This document shows positions 49,129 to 63,312 of a stretch of DNA of 64,000 nt, piece by piece. Within the stretch, counting starts at the first letter, position 1. Each line of letters starts with the position of its first letter. The notes beneath the pieces are model-generated. The model had not been told where the DNA came from, searched no databases, and saw only the letters and a program-made list of their open reading frames with translations. The translations under genes were made by a program, and so were the position numbers. The stretch comes from Eledone cirrhosa (taxonomy: Eukaryota): the NCBI GenBank assembly GCA_964016885.1, contig OZ024743.1:258664001-258728000 (forward strand). The letters run 5' to 3'.

Positions 49129-50209
49129 TATGATCTCTATACTGATATCTGAACTAGAGTTTATTGATTCATGAGTAACCATGTTTATAAATTTAATTCA
49201 CTGGCTTTGTGTTTTTCTTAATTTATTTTAGTAGATGATAATTTGAAGTAAGTTAGTAAAATATATTTTTGTCATTAAGCTGGTGATTGGAACATATCTT
49301 AACAAAAGATAAATGTATATTGATGGTGCTTGGAACATATGATAACAAAAGACAAATATATACTGATATATCAAAATGATGTTTAAAACATAATTTAAAA
49401 TGTTCTTACATATAGTTATGATGGAAGGTTTTAATTTAAATATCAACACAAGACAAATGTATATTGGTCTATTAAGTTGGTGTTTGACATGTAACAAAAA
49501 CAAATATATATTTGTATATTAAGAGTGTTTGGGACATTACTTAACAAAAGACAAATATATATTGAATATTAAAATGTTATTTGGATCATACTCTATCAAA
49601 TATATATTAATGTGATGCCACATGGTAGTTAGGCATAAACATTGAATGCAGAAGATTTGCAAAGGTGAGAAAAAATATATTATTTTTGTAGGTATAGGGA
49701 CCAACATGACCCAACACTTTCTCTCACAATGATATGTAACCCCCATCCACAAATGCCAGCCATGCTTCCCTTCTGCTGGCTCCACAATAAATTGCACCCA
49801 CCCTACTCTATAAATTGGTAGTGTTAGTGTCACAATAAAAGTGCCCAGTCTGCACAGTAAGGCAGTTGTACAGGTGCCATAAAATAACATCCAGTCAACC
49901 CTGTAAGGTGGTAGAGATGGAGGCACAATAAAATGCTCCCATCACACCGTTTAAAGTGGTTGACATTAGAAAGGGTGTCAAGCTGTGGAAACCAAGCCAT
50001 AAACAGAGTATACAAGCAAGATTAGAAAAGCAAATGTAAAAATGATGATGATTAGAATGATTGTCTTTAGAATATAAGTTAATAAAAGTCTAATGTATAT
50101 AGGCATAAGTGTTTGGAACATATCTAAAGACATTGCTATATCAAAATAATGTCATGATCATAACATAATGTAAGATAAATATGTGTTTATATATTAATTC
50201 TTACTTGAA

Positions 50210-50345
50210 ATAATTGTTTCTACTTTAGGCACAAGGCCAGCAATTCACCAGTACATTACTGGTACTTTATTTTATCGACCCCGTAAGGATGAAAGGCAAA
50301 GTTAACCTCGGCGGGATTTGAACTCAGACTGTAAAGGGACGTAAC
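50210..50345 (-). mobile_element. SINE of the 15860 family (5'-truncated)
   Basis: TTGTTTCTACTTTAGGCACAAGGCCAGCAATT...ATCGACCCCGTAAGGATGAAAGGCAAAGTTAACCTCGGCGGGATTTGAACTCAG. Confidence 0.75.
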
Positions 50346-51274
50346 TATGCTAGAAAGCATGTTCTTACATGAAATAATGTTAGCATATTTCTTATGAAAT
50401 ACATAGCCAATGTGTTTCAATTTATTCTGAAAATAACGAAGAATTCAAGAGAATTTAATAATATAGTTTACATTTTTCATAATTAACCTGGTGTTTGGAA
50501 TAACAAAAAAGTTGTACTATAAAATTATGTTGGAAGGTTTTAATTTAAATATGAATGCTTTAAATCTTTAGTTGTGATAAAGACATCATAGCTTTTCTAG
50601 TCTTAAACACACATGATAAACACATGCTGTGAAGTGATTGGTGATAAGAAGGCATCCAGCAATAGAAAACCTGCCAAACAATCGTCCAGAGGAATTATCA
50701 GCTGTGTCAAAAACAAGACAGCCTCTCTAGTTTGGTTATGTACATGACAAACGCATTACATAAAGTGGTTGGTGATAGTGGGGCATCCAGTCATAGAAAA
50801 TCTGCCAAACAATGGGTCAGGGGGACTCATCACCTGTGTCAAAGACATGAGAAACTCCCTAGTCCTGGTGCCACAATAAAATGCCTGGAATTGTATGTAA
50901 ATAAGATGCAAGCCCCAGGCACATCTGAGAAGTCAGTAGCTCCACTTGAGTACTGACTCAGTCTGTAAAGATCTGCCCAACCCTTGCTAGCAGGGAAAAC
51001 AGAGGTTATATATAATGATGATGATATCATAAGATCAGGTGTGGCATCAAGTTGGTTGATATTAAAAGTTCAAAATAGGAAGATTTTGTAGCAAAGAACC
51101 CAAGAGCTTTTTCAATCAGCTGGGTTTGGTATGAAAAACAGGTAATTCAAACAGTTTAAAACAGTGAACCATTTACATAATAAAGTAGAACATATGGAGA
51201 GAAAGGTTTTAATGAAAAAAAAACTTTTGATTGCTTAATTTAATTTAGGAGAATAAAACCGGCAACCAGGGACT

Positions 51275-53033
51275 CCAGGCACCTCATTGTCAAGCTTGAC
51301 ATGAGGAATTCCTTCAACTCTTTACGCCGGGATCATCTGCTCGAGGCCTGCATCAGCTGAGCCCCCTCTGCCTACCCGCTGGCCTACCTTTCGTATGGAG
51401 CCCCGAGCATGCTCCTTGCTGCTGATATGGTCATACCCTCGGCTACTGGGGTCCAGCAGGGTGACCCTTTGGGACCCCTCCTGCACACCCTTGGTGTTGA
51501 CCACATCGCCTGGAGTATCACAGCCCCTCTCAACGTTTGGTATCTGGATAATGCTACGTTGGGTGGGCCCATACGGACGGTCTCCCATGACCTTCAATCG
51601 GTGGTTCCTGCCCTGGCGGGAATCAGCCTCTAGGTCAACTCGGTCAAGTCGGAGGTGGTGAATGTCAGCCTCGATGCTGTGAGCTTTGCAGCCTCCGTCT
51701 TGGACGTGCGGTCCATTCTCCACCAGGTTCAGGTGACCCCAAAGAGGATGTCCTCATCCTCGGGTCACCGATCCACCCGCTTGCCATCTGCTCCACCATC
51801 AGGTCCAGGCTTCAACAGCTTCAGACTCTCACGATCCAACTGGGCTTGATTAACGGCCATCCAGCTCTCTTTCTACTGAGGAACTGCTTCGCCATGCCTA
51901 AGCTCCTCTATACACTCCGCAGCGCTCCGTGCTACACCCAGACATCACTCTTCGCTGACCTCGATACTTGTATCCAAGCAGCAGCCGAGGAGATATGCAA
52001 TGTCAAATTAGATGACATAGGGTGGCAACAGGCCACTTTATCTGTCAGGTATGGTGGCCATGGCCTCCGGTCCCCGATCTCAGTAGCTTTGCCGGCGTAT
52101 CTTTCGTCAGTAAGCTCGTGCCATATCCTCGTCAGCAGGGTTCTTCAAAATACAACAGAACCCTGTATGTTCAGGGAACCCTCTATGTTCAGGAACTACT
52201 AGCCCAGTAGACATCCTCCTCCTCCCCCTGTTGACGTCAAGTCCCCCCCCCCCCCAACGCACTTGGGATGCCATCCAGTGCAGCCTGGCCTCAGACAGGC
52301 TCAAGCGCCAGCTCGACCAGCACCGCCTTGCTTGTTTTCGTGCGGCCTCCAAACCCCACAGTGGTACCTGGCTCCATGCCCTGCCCTCCTTCCCCACTGG
52401 CACACAGCTAGACAACCATAGGCTGCACATCGGCGTTTCCCTGAGGATCTGCCAGCCACACCAATGTCGCTGAGGTTCCACCATGGACTCTTTCGGTATC
52501 TACCCGCTTTCCTGTCGCCACATGCCAGACGCATTCCACGCCATGCTGCCCTCAATGAGGTCATTAAGCATGGCTTGGACGCTGCAGGCTTCCCTTTCCG
52601 GCTCGAGCCGGTTGGGCTGGATCAAGGGGACAGCAAAAAGCCAGATGGCGTGACCATCTTCCCGTTCCACGGTGGCAAACCCATCGTCTGGGATGCCCCT
52701 TGCATCAACACTTTCTGCAGCTGCAACCTGGTGCAGTCTGCGACTGACCCAGGTGCTACTGCACATCAGGCTGAGGGGGCCAAACTTTTCAAATACCGGT
52801 TGCTCTCTGACAGGTTTGCGGTCGTACCCCTGGCAGTGGAGACTTCTGGTGTCCTCGGCCCCAGGGCTACCTCCTTACTCACCACCATAGGCGCTGAGCT
52901 GGCCAGCCGTGGGTGTGAGCCCCGCGAGTTGGAGTGGCTCTTCCAGCACATCTCCCTCGCCGTCCTCCGGGGAAACGCCTTCTCCATTCTGTCCGCCGGG
53001 GCTGTGGGTGGGCCCCATCGCGTACTGTTGTAG
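51275..53033 (+). mobile_element. Decayed 5'-truncated RLE-type non-LTR retrotransposon (CRE-like)
   Basis: KLDMRNSFNSLRR, GVQQGDPLGPLL, NVWYLDN (decayed YLDD), PKLLYTLR, RHAALNEVI, KPDGVT..WD (PD-D/E nuclease), AVETSG, LRGNA; stops and frameshifts; GC-rich island in AT-rich DNA. Confidence 0.82.
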
Positions 53034-53264
53034 TTGTTGTAGAAGAAACAGGAAAACAACAACTGGAAAGTTTGATTTTCTAGAACTTGATGTTTGCTTA
53101 GTATTTCGATATTAAGTTCATCTACATTTATATTATATTATATTCTTCCTAGAACCATTTTCTCCATATTTTGAGGAGAATTATTTTAAATCTTCTATGT
53201 TTATTTATACTTAATCACATATATATATATATGCATTTATATGTGCACACACAGACACACACAC

Positions 53265-53343
<79 letters not shown>

Positions 53344-55689
53344 TATATACACATATATATATGTAATTTGTATATTTACTTACCTGAGAAAAAATGGAAC
53401 TTTATTGCATATATATATATATATACTTATCTAAGAAAGAATTAAGGTTTATCACATATATATATTTATTTATTTATGTATATATGTATGTTTGTTTATA
53501 CATTTAAGTATGCTTATATTATGTTTATATATATGTATATATATATACACATAAAAATAAATATATATATGTGATAAAACTTCATTTTTTTCTGAGGTAA
53601 GTAATGTACAAATAAAATATATACAATTTAATTCCATATAACAAGAGTAGAAGGACGAGGGAAATAGAGAAAAGTAAAAAAAGACATGCATGAATGCATG
53701 CATATGTGTATGTGTGCATATATATATATATATGTGTGTGTGTGTACTCATATAAAATTAGCCATTCAAAGTTTTGAAATTATTTTCAAACCCATAGTGT
53801 TTTATCTTTTATCCTTTTCTATTATTTGTTTTTATTTTATTTTTTTGTTGTTTTTATTTTCATTTTCTTTTACCTCATTTTATCACTTTATTTACTTTTT
53901 ATTTATTTATTCTATTATATATGATTTGAAGAAACTTCAGATAAAATAAAATAAAAAGTGATTTTGATTTAGATAAGAATAAAAAATATATATAGATATA
54001 TTATTAATAAAAAAAAATAGCAATAAAATAATAATAACAATAACATTACAATAACAATAACAATAACAAAGATAATAATTTATTTTATTTAATTGTGACT
54101 TATTTTATCTTTATAAACTTATTTTATATTTATATTTTAGTTTAATTTTTAGTTTTTTTTTTCTTCTTGTTATAATGATAATAACAACAACAATAATTCT
54201 AAAGAAGAAAATGAAATAGAATGGGAAATTTTGTTTTCTTTAGATCTATCCCTCTGAAGTTTTTCAGTTGAATATTTTTGCATTATTGTCCCCGGAAATG
54301 AAACAGCATTAAAGACTGACTTGATTTATAATCGGCTTGTCTTATACATATGTCTGTCACACGGTAAGTTAGCCATGAAATTAGCCACAACTACAACCAC
54401 AACAAGCACTGCAACATCTAGAAAAAATACTATAGGAACATGAACAACAAACACTACAAGTACCCCAACTGCAACAACAATGCCAGCAACAACAAGAGTG
54501 CTGACAACAAAAACATCAACAATAATTACATTAATAAGAAAAACAACAACAATATCAAAAACATCAACATTGACAACAACATCTACATCAGTAACAGCAA
54601 TAGCAACAACAATGCTGATATTGTAAATACTTTTACTGAGGTTCCTTTCTTTAGGTTTGTATATATGATCTCAGTTCTGTTATGTGTTGTGTGTGTAAGA
54701 GAAGGGAAAAAAGAGAGAACTGGAGAGACAAAGAGAGAGGTGGAGAGAGAAAGAGGGAGAATTTATTTTTTGTTTATGTCTTTCTGTATTAAAACATGAT
54801 TATGGGCTTATATGAACACTGTGAAGGTGTTATGACAAAAAGTACCAAGCCCTCCCAAAATATAACTATATATAAATAGAGAGAGAGAGGAGATAGATAT
54901 AGGTGCATAGATACAAATAGTATATATGAAAGCATATACGATATGTTAGTGTATAATAAACATACAACAGTCTCACTATGAATATTTTAAGTAGTGATCA
55001 TGCCACAGCTATATCAGTAGCCAGCAAGAATATACTAGGTCAATATGATTGACTAAATCAGCATGGGTCTTTATATAGTTGCAATATAATGACTGACATC
55101 AATGAGAAATCTTTTTTTTAAATAGAAAAATTACTATATTTAACTGTACATATTTACTAAAATTACTATATTTAATTATACAAAGCTGCACAATTTAAAG
55201 TGTTTCTATATATCTAAAAAGTTTGCATCCTAATTTTATGTAAGATGGTTATAATACTAAATACATACAAATTCTTGATGATTTTTTAAATGATTTGAAA
55301 ATCATAGATTGTGTCATTCAGTAGAAATGTTAATAAAAGGGTTAATGTGTATATATATATTTATTGAAAGAACTTTCCAACATAATTTTTTTCTAAGAAC
55401 GTTTGTTAAATTATTTTTCAAACTCCAGTCTTATAATTTAGAAAGTTAGTTAAATACCTCCATATTCTTAATTACCATATACTTGAATATAAGTCAATCC
55501 AAATATAAATTGACACCCTATTTTATGCCTGAGAAATAGGTAAAAATTCAAACCCTGTTTATAACCCAAGGCATCAACGCATTATGTTTAGATGGTGCAG
55601 TTTTGAAATTCTCATGAAGTTTCAATATTTCAATGCAGTAATACAGAAGACCCACCTTCCCATGAGCACAGGCTGAAGCACACATTTAG

Positions 55690-56070
55690 TATGCACCACC
55701 TTCCCCTTCATTGCTTCTTCCATACACCTCCCATGTCCTAACACTCCATCCCTCACACATGCCCCTATACCTATCTCCCCAATCCTCACTCACCTCCCCC
55801 ACCAAAGTCCCCAGGTCACACTGTAAAGTGATCATTTTGGTGCCATGACAAAAAGCATCCAACCCACACTGTAAAGTGGTCATGTAGGTGTCACAACAAA
55901 AAGCACCCCCGCCCACACTGTAAATGTGGTTGGTGTTAGGAAGGGCATCCAGCTATAGAAACCAAACCAGAAACTGTTCTGTATGAGCAAGGCTCGATCA
56001 TCTGACCCGACTTGCCTCAAATGGGACAAGCCATCTAACCCATAAAATAAACGTTGAACAATGTTGAAGA
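55690..56070 (+). mobile_element. 3' end fragment of the RTE-like family
   Basis: GGTTGGTGTTAGGAAGGGCATCCAGC...CCATCTAACCCAT is the reverse complement of motifs at 17180-17300 and 61740. Confidence 0.6.
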
Positions 56071-57030
56071 TAATATATAAAATGTTTTAAGTTTTGTATA
56101 GAGTATAGTGTTTTTGTTTCCTGACTCCATTACGTAATAACGTTTTACAAATTTCTGACCATTTTGAAGGTTATATTCATTCAATGCATATAAAAAAAAA
56201 AACAATAGGAAATATGAATTTCATTTTGAATGTAAAACTGGTTTGATATTCATTTCTAAATTGAAACCAGTGTAATATTCACTTCCAAAGTGAGAATGAT
56301 GTAATATTCACCTCCAAAGCAAATTTTGAAGTTGGTGAAAATCAGCAAAATATTAACCTTGGATATGAGCTGACTCCATTTTACCATCGATTTTTGTCAC
56401 ATATTTCTCGGCAAATATATGAGTATATACAGTAATTTCAAAATCAATTGAGAATCATAGGCAATGTCTTTTGCTAGAAATATGTTAATAAAAGGTTATA
56501 AATAATAGAGAATGTCTATCATAAGAAATATGTTCTCTTCTTATATATATATATGTTCTCTTCTTTATATCATAGCCCTTAATAAAGCTGAACTGATTTT
56601 CAAGAGATACTACAACTAATAGATTGTTGTATGAATAACATTTGTATAATTTCTAATAAAGTCTATGTAAAATGCTTACTATAGAAAACTGACAGTTTTA
56701 TCATGAGGATTAAGTAGAAAATATTCTTACTTCAAGTGTAGGCAGACAGAATATCTTGCCTAAGGATATGATGTAAATTAGATATGGTTTCCTCCCAAAC
56801 AGTAAAATATCCTCTTTCTAAGCAATATATTATAACCATTCATAGACAATATATTCTTCGATATATATTCATGTGTGTGCGCAAGTGTGTGTGTGTATAT
56901 ATATATGTGTATGCATATATGTATGCATATATATATGTATATATATATGTGTTTATATATATGTATATATAAATGTATGCATATGTATATATATATATAT
57001 TTGGAATGCTGAGAAGTGATACACGAGTTG

Positions 57031-57790
57031 ATATATATTAGTAAAATAAGAAAAACAGTAAAAAATGCTAATGGGATTTTCTCATAGAATAACTGCAAAA
57101 CATTTATTTACAAAAAAAATTTATTGTACCAGTTTCAGCCAGATGTTGTAGGCTTCTTGTGCTACAAAAGTGTATAATAAAATTTATAATGGAGTTAAGG
57201 TGTATAATAATGAGAATATGGTATTAGAGAACATGGTCTACATACATATAGATATATAAATGAGTTCACATGTTCGTTTATCGCTTTCTCTCTTTCTTGG
57301 TGGTTCTTCTATTTCAAACCACCAAGGAGGGGGAGAAAGAGAGAAAGTGATAAACGAAAATGTGAACTCATTTATATATCTATATGTATGTAGATCATGT
57401 TCTCTTATACCATCGGTGGATTGGCAGTATCGCTAGAGGGTCGGACGCCATGCTTTGGTGCATAGAGTTACGGCCCTTTCCATTCTGAGTTCAAATCCCG
57501 CCAAGGTTAACTTCACCTTTCATCCTTACGGGGTCGATAAAATAAAGTACCAGTAATGCACTGGGTAATTGCTGGCCTTGTGTCAAAAGTAGAAACAATT
57601 ATTATACACCTTAACTCCATTATAAATTTTATTATACACTTCTGTAGCATGAAGAAGCCTACAACATTTGGCTGATACAATAAATTCCAGTACAATAAAT
57701 TCCTTTTTTGTAAATAAATGTTTTGCTGTTATTCTATGAGAAAATCCCATTAGCATGCTCTACTGTTTTTCTTATTTTACTTATATATAT
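57031..57790. mobile_element. Fold-back (palindromic) element or MITE between (TA)n, right arm interrupted by a SINE
   Basis: 57031-~57305 is the reverse complement of ~57316-57413 plus 57598-57790; centre CTTGGTGGTT...AACCACCAAG. Confidence 0.85.
57414..57600 (+). mobile_element. SINE of the 15860 family nested in the fold-back element
   Basis: GGTGGATTGGCAGTATC...GAGTTCAAATCCCGCC...CCTTTCATCCTTACGGGGTCGATAAAATAAAGTACCAG...GGCCTTGTGTC..GAAACAATT. Confidence 0.85.
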
Positions 57791-57959
57791 ATAGCCTGGC
57801 ATTGTCCACAACAGGACAACCCATCTAACCCATGCTAGCTTGGAAGAATGAATGTAAAACAGTGATGATGATGATGATAATGATAATGATATATATATAT
57901 GTATATATATACACACACATATTTCAGAAAGAACTTAATGAAAAGAATACAAAAATAAG

Positions 57960-58830
57960 GCTTCTGCAAAGGCACTTCTTCAGCCAATGGTCATCATCCA
58001 TGTGCATCACATGTCCATTCCCACGCAGTCTTCTCTCCGGCACAATGCCGCGGATTTCTCTTAAATCCAGCTTCTTCCTCAGTTCATCCAAGCTTTGCCT
58101 TTCTCTCACACTTACATTACACATCCAACAAAGCTGGGGTTCCTTCATTTCTCTCCTGTCTATTCATGTCCTCTGCAATCACAGCCCATGTTTCACTAAT
58201 ATGAAGCATCACTTCACATGCAAGCAACATACGGTTGTCTTTTCGTATGTAGGAAGAAACCTTTTGTAGTCAACAGTGGGAGTAGCTCTCTAAACTTTTT
58301 CCATCTATTATGCTCTCAGAGCACCTCCTCCACTGTGAATTAAATCACCTAGATAGCAGAAGCTATCAACCACTTCTATGGACACTTCTTGTGACTACAA
58401 AAGTGTTATATCACTGACACACTTCCTCTTGATTATCTCTGAGCATCTTCTACATACAAAATCTTCTTTCTTACTCCCTACCACTTGAATTTTTGCTAAG
58501 TTTACTCTCAGACCTTTTGATTCCAAATTCATTTTCCATAGTTGGAACTTATTTTCTGGTTATTTAATGGATTCAGTTATAAGAATCAAATCATCTGCAT
58601 AGAGAAGTTCCTGTAGACAGCTATTTTTAACCTACTCTGTTATGGCCTGGAGAACTATGATGAACAGCAGTGGACTAAGACCTGCACCTTGATAAACTCC
58701 TCCTTGTACCTTTAATTCTTCACTAAACTCATTTTCGACTCTCACTTTACTGACAGCTCTTCTGTACATGGCTTTCACTGCTCTCAGAAGCCATTTTCTA
58801 CACCTAATTTCCTTAAGGACCACCAGATAA
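57960..58830 (-). mobile_element. Decayed RTE-like LINE fragment
   Basis: Minus strand WLLRAVKAMY..VSKVRV..GVYQGAGLSPLLFIIVLQAITE, ELLYADDL, SLDELRKKL..ERRLR..GHVM. Confidence 0.75.
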
Positions 58831-59659
58831 TAGGTGGTGTGTATGTATATGTGTGTATATTTATTTCTCATGACTTAGCAATTCAACAAAATGTAATGAG
58901 ATAGGGGGCCAATTTATGGAATAAATTAATATGCTTATAATGAAGCATTAAAAAGCTATTGTCACACATTGAGATGACCATGTGGAATGACACTAATAGA
59001 GAAAGGTAGAATTTATACTTGTCTGCTGTGTTCATGCCTCTTATCATTTACTTCTCATACATTGAGCTCTATGTCAAACCTAATAATGATTTTTTTATTT
59101 GTCAAACCTAATAATAATAGCATATATATATATACACACATGCACATATATGTGTATGTGTGAGATATATATGTTTAACATCTGTTTTCCCGGTTAGCAA
59201 CGAATGGATGGTTATTACAGACTGGTTAGTACACAAAGGGAGTTTCTGACTTCTAGGTGGGCAGAGGCCCCAAAATACGATCCCGTGCTCTACTGAGTGC
59301 ATTTTATTGTAGCACCAGCACTTGGAGTTGTTGTATCTATAGCTCAGCTGATAAGTCATCCCAACCAATGGCTTCGCATATTTTGTATATATATATATAT
59401 ATATATCAAATGTGTTATGGAAAATATGAAGGGCTCCAAATTTAAAAAGTAAATAAAATAATTTATATCACTATACATTTTGTTATATGTCAAAATATCT
59501 GTGGTTGTATGTGTGAGTGTATTTATACATACATATTTAAAATTATATATCTAGATGCATTCATCGAAAAATATTAATTTAAAAAAAACACATTCTTGCA
59601 AATGTCTTTCATATGACTTTTATCTATGTATAGTTATATTTGTGTGTGTGTGTATATTT

Positions 59660-59661
<2 letters not shown>

Positions 59662-59757
<96 letters not shown>

Positions 59758-59762
59758 TATAT

Positions 59763-59817
<55 letters not shown>

Positions 59818-59822
59818 TATAT

Positions 59823-59871
<49 letters not shown>

Positions 59872-59876
59872 TATAT

Positions 59877-59947
<71 letters not shown>

Positions 59948-60059
59948 TATACATATATATTCATACATGTATGTACATATGTGTGTATATATATATATAT
60001 ATTATGCATATATACATATATACTCATACATGTATGTACATATGTGTATATATGTGTAC

Positions 60060-60115
<56 letters not shown>

Positions 60116-60125
60116 TATACACATA
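59662..60125. repeat. (TA)n-rich compound microsatellite
   Basis: Directly visible; similar tracts at 53268-53340 and 61515-61590. Confidence 0.97.
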
Positions 60126-61518
60126 CATGTGTGTGTATTAGAAGTACATATTTTTATTATTTTTTACACATACAGTCTCTTCTGCATATTTATTTATATT
60201 TTGTAAGTACATGTATATCGCTGTAACTCTCTATATCGCTGTATATCATATGCTTACAGTCCTTAGTGCATGCTTCTGTGCATTCACGCATATATATACC
60301 CATTTTTTATTTGCAAAAGTAAATAAAATCAGCCTTTTTGTGTAAGGAATTTTTCTCACTGAACACCATGGAGATTGCTGTTCATTTATGTATTGTGCAC
60401 GAATGCATTAGTGTTGGACAAATGCATGAATTCGTGAAGAGTTAAAAAACACCCCAAAAAGAACGATTTTATCTAACGAAAATATCAAAATAAATAAGAA
60501 TAAATAAAAATTGGGAAAAATCCTGCCAATATCTATTGCAATTCTTAAGACCCAGATTTTTATGGAAATTCTATATCTTAAAGGGAACTAGAAAAAAAAA
60601 TAAAGGTATTTCTAAAGAAAAAAATAATCCCTGAAGAATTATAAAAATGTAGAGATTAAATTTTAGATTAAAAAAGTATTCGTTTTTTTTTTTCATTGAA
60701 AAATTCTTGAAAATATATAAAAAAAATTATTATTCACTTAAAAATTCAAAAAAATCAAACAAATTTTACAGCCTGTTAGCAAAAAAATCAGTGTTTTGTA
60801 TACAGCTCAATAATTACACCATATATATTTTGAAATTAAACCACGCAATCAAAGAATGCAGTTTCTGACAAAAGAATTCTGCAATTCTATACAGATCAGC
60901 AAAATTTATTTTAAAAAAAAATTCAGAACAGCAGAATTTACAAAAAAGAAAAAAAGAGTACTGATCAGCAAAATTTATAAAAAGAAAATTGCAGATCAGT
61001 GAAATTTATAAGAAAAAATAATGGTAAAGTATAATAAAAAATAGATAGATAAGTGAAATATATATTTTGTTTTCAGACAAAGAACAAAACAGTAAATACA
61101 GATATGCAAATTAAAATTACACATTTCGCTGATTGATCTCATCTCATATATATATATGTGTGCATGTATGTTTATACAAATATATACGATATACATGCAT
61201 TTGCACACACACACATATATATATGTATATATAGATATATATATTACTCTATTACGTGTTCCAGATCACAGGCTGAAGCCATGCTGGGGCACCATTGATT
61301 CTACACTTTCTATAGCCAGCTTTCCCTGGTTGGCCATTGATGCAATAGGGAGCTTATTGCTGCTGCTCTTATTTGTGCTTCACCTTGTGTCGTGGGTTCA
61401 TCCAGGATCTTGGTCAGTAGAATGTTGAGACGTCTCTTGAAAACATCTAAATATATATACTTCATATGAATGAAACAGTTCTAGTCCTGTAGAAACCATT
61501 TCTATATTATAAATATAC

Positions 61519-61597
<79 letters not shown>

Positions 61598-61613
61598 ATT
61601 ATATATTTATATA

Positions 61614-62285
61614 CATCATCATCATCGTTTAACGTCCGTGTTCCATGCTTGCATGGGTTTGGACGGGAGTTTTCCCACTTGAGGCAAGAGTGGTTGTCTT
61701 GCTCGCGTAGGACTGTCTGGCGGGTTTTCTACAGTTGGATGCCCTTCCTAACACCAACCACATTTACAGTGTGGGGCTGGGAGGTTTTTACCGTGTTGCC
61801 TACACGGCCACATTACAGCATGGACTGTCTGGCGGGTTTTCTACAGCTGGATGCCCTTCCTAACACCAACCACATTTACAGTGTGGGGCTGGGAGGTTTT
61901 TACCGTGTTGCCTACACGGCCACACTACAGCGTGGACTGTGTGTTTTTTTGACGTGACACCTACACGATCTCATTTGTTTCGGCCTGGATTTTGTGGCAC
62001 CAACATAACTTTACATTGAAAGGGGCGGTGTGGATGGGGTGGTGGTGGTGGGACGGGGGGGGGGGGGTATTTTGTTAGAGATGCCTACTGACTGTAGTAG
62101 GTTTTACTTTGTATTTAGGTAACACGGGTCTTCTCTATTACTGAGTACTGCCAAAGCTCTCGGTCCAGTGACATTGTCTTGGAGAGGTGTAAGTGTGTGA
62201 GGTCGGAATTTATCAGCTCGTCCCAGGTTTTTCTGGGTCTGCCTACTCCGTGGCTACCGTCTATCTTTATTGCCCTGCACTTTGT
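61614..62285 (-). mobile_element. 3' part of the RTE-like family with an internal 112-bp tandem duplication
   Basis: (CAT)n tail at 61614, GGATGCCCTTCCTAACACCAACC motif present twice, minus-strand GRPRKTW near 62220-62245. Confidence 0.7.
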
Positions 62286-62411
62286 TATACATATATATAT
62301 ATATAATTAATTAGAATATGTGTTAGTTTATGACCGACACTTTACTATGCAGGGTAGAGCACTCAACGAAGTACACAAGTGGGTCTGTTTTCTCTGGAGT
62401 ATATTTATAAT

Positions 62412-62738
62412 CATGAAGTACAAGTCAATGGGTTATAAGTCACTTCGTGAATTCATAATCGCAGTTATATATATTTCGGTGATAACAGTTATGCAATAGC
62501 TATGACCTCAACAGACAGCTAGAAGTTGAACAGAAAAACATAAAGAAGAAATAAAGCTTACTTCTGCTGTTATGATTCATTGATATGCCCCGGACTAATA
62601 TTCATTGATATGCCCCAGTGCTTTCTCAAAGCAACATATGAGGTCATAACTGTTGCATAACGGTTATCACCAAAATATATATAACAGCGATTATGAATAA
62701 ACGAAGTGAATTATAACTTGTTGACTTGTACTTCATAA
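62412..62738. mobile_element. MITE-like inverted repeat (~100-bp arms)
   Basis: ATGAAGTACAAGTCAA...TATGACCTCA (62413-62510) mirrors TGAGGTCATA...TTGACTTGTACTTCAT (62639-62736). Confidence 0.75.
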
Positions 62739-63221
62739 TCTATACTATAAAGCTGACGGCCGTATTTAAGTAACAAACTTTCCGCCTTGCGACTGGAACA
62801 AACGGCACCAAATTTGCACCATAGATGTAACTTTTTCCAAGTAAGAAAGTGAGGGTATTTTTGTCTACTGAATTTTGTTAAAAGATTAAAGACATTATTC
62901 AAATATTCACTTCTTTTAAATTTTCAAATGTCAACACTTCCGGTTATACAACATTCCTAACGTCTTCACGAACCAAAGTATCATCTTCCTGTTTTCTTTC
63001 GGTTGCAACGTTTTTCGAAATATTTGCTTCTGCGTTCACAGATTGATTTTTTAGTTTCAGAAGATCCCGTTAAGGGTGAAAGCAGCGATTCTTTGCTTAA
63101 ACTTTAATCTGTTATTTTAATATATATATATATATATATATATAACGGAGGAAATGTGGTAAGGAACCAGGTGGACCATAACGCACCAAAGTACTCAATA
63201 CTTGAGGTAGTAGAGTGGGTA

Positions 63222-63312
63222 ATAGGAACCAGTAAGACCCCGACAGCTGAGCTCAAGCCGTTTCGACGGCTAATAACGGCTTGAGCTCAGCTGTCGGGGT
63301 CTTACTGGTTCC

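Noticed and set aside
53352-53625. Apparent splice donors (ACTTACCT and AGGTAAGT) on opposite strands
   Set aside because: They are inverted copies of one short repeat embedded in (TA)n, with no credible exon attached
54440-54799. Asn-rich 119-aa ORF
   Set aside because: Degenerate (AAC)n and (GA)n microsatellite translation
59555-60226. Ile/Tyr-repeat ORFs on both strands
   Set aside because: Translation of (TA)n microsatellite
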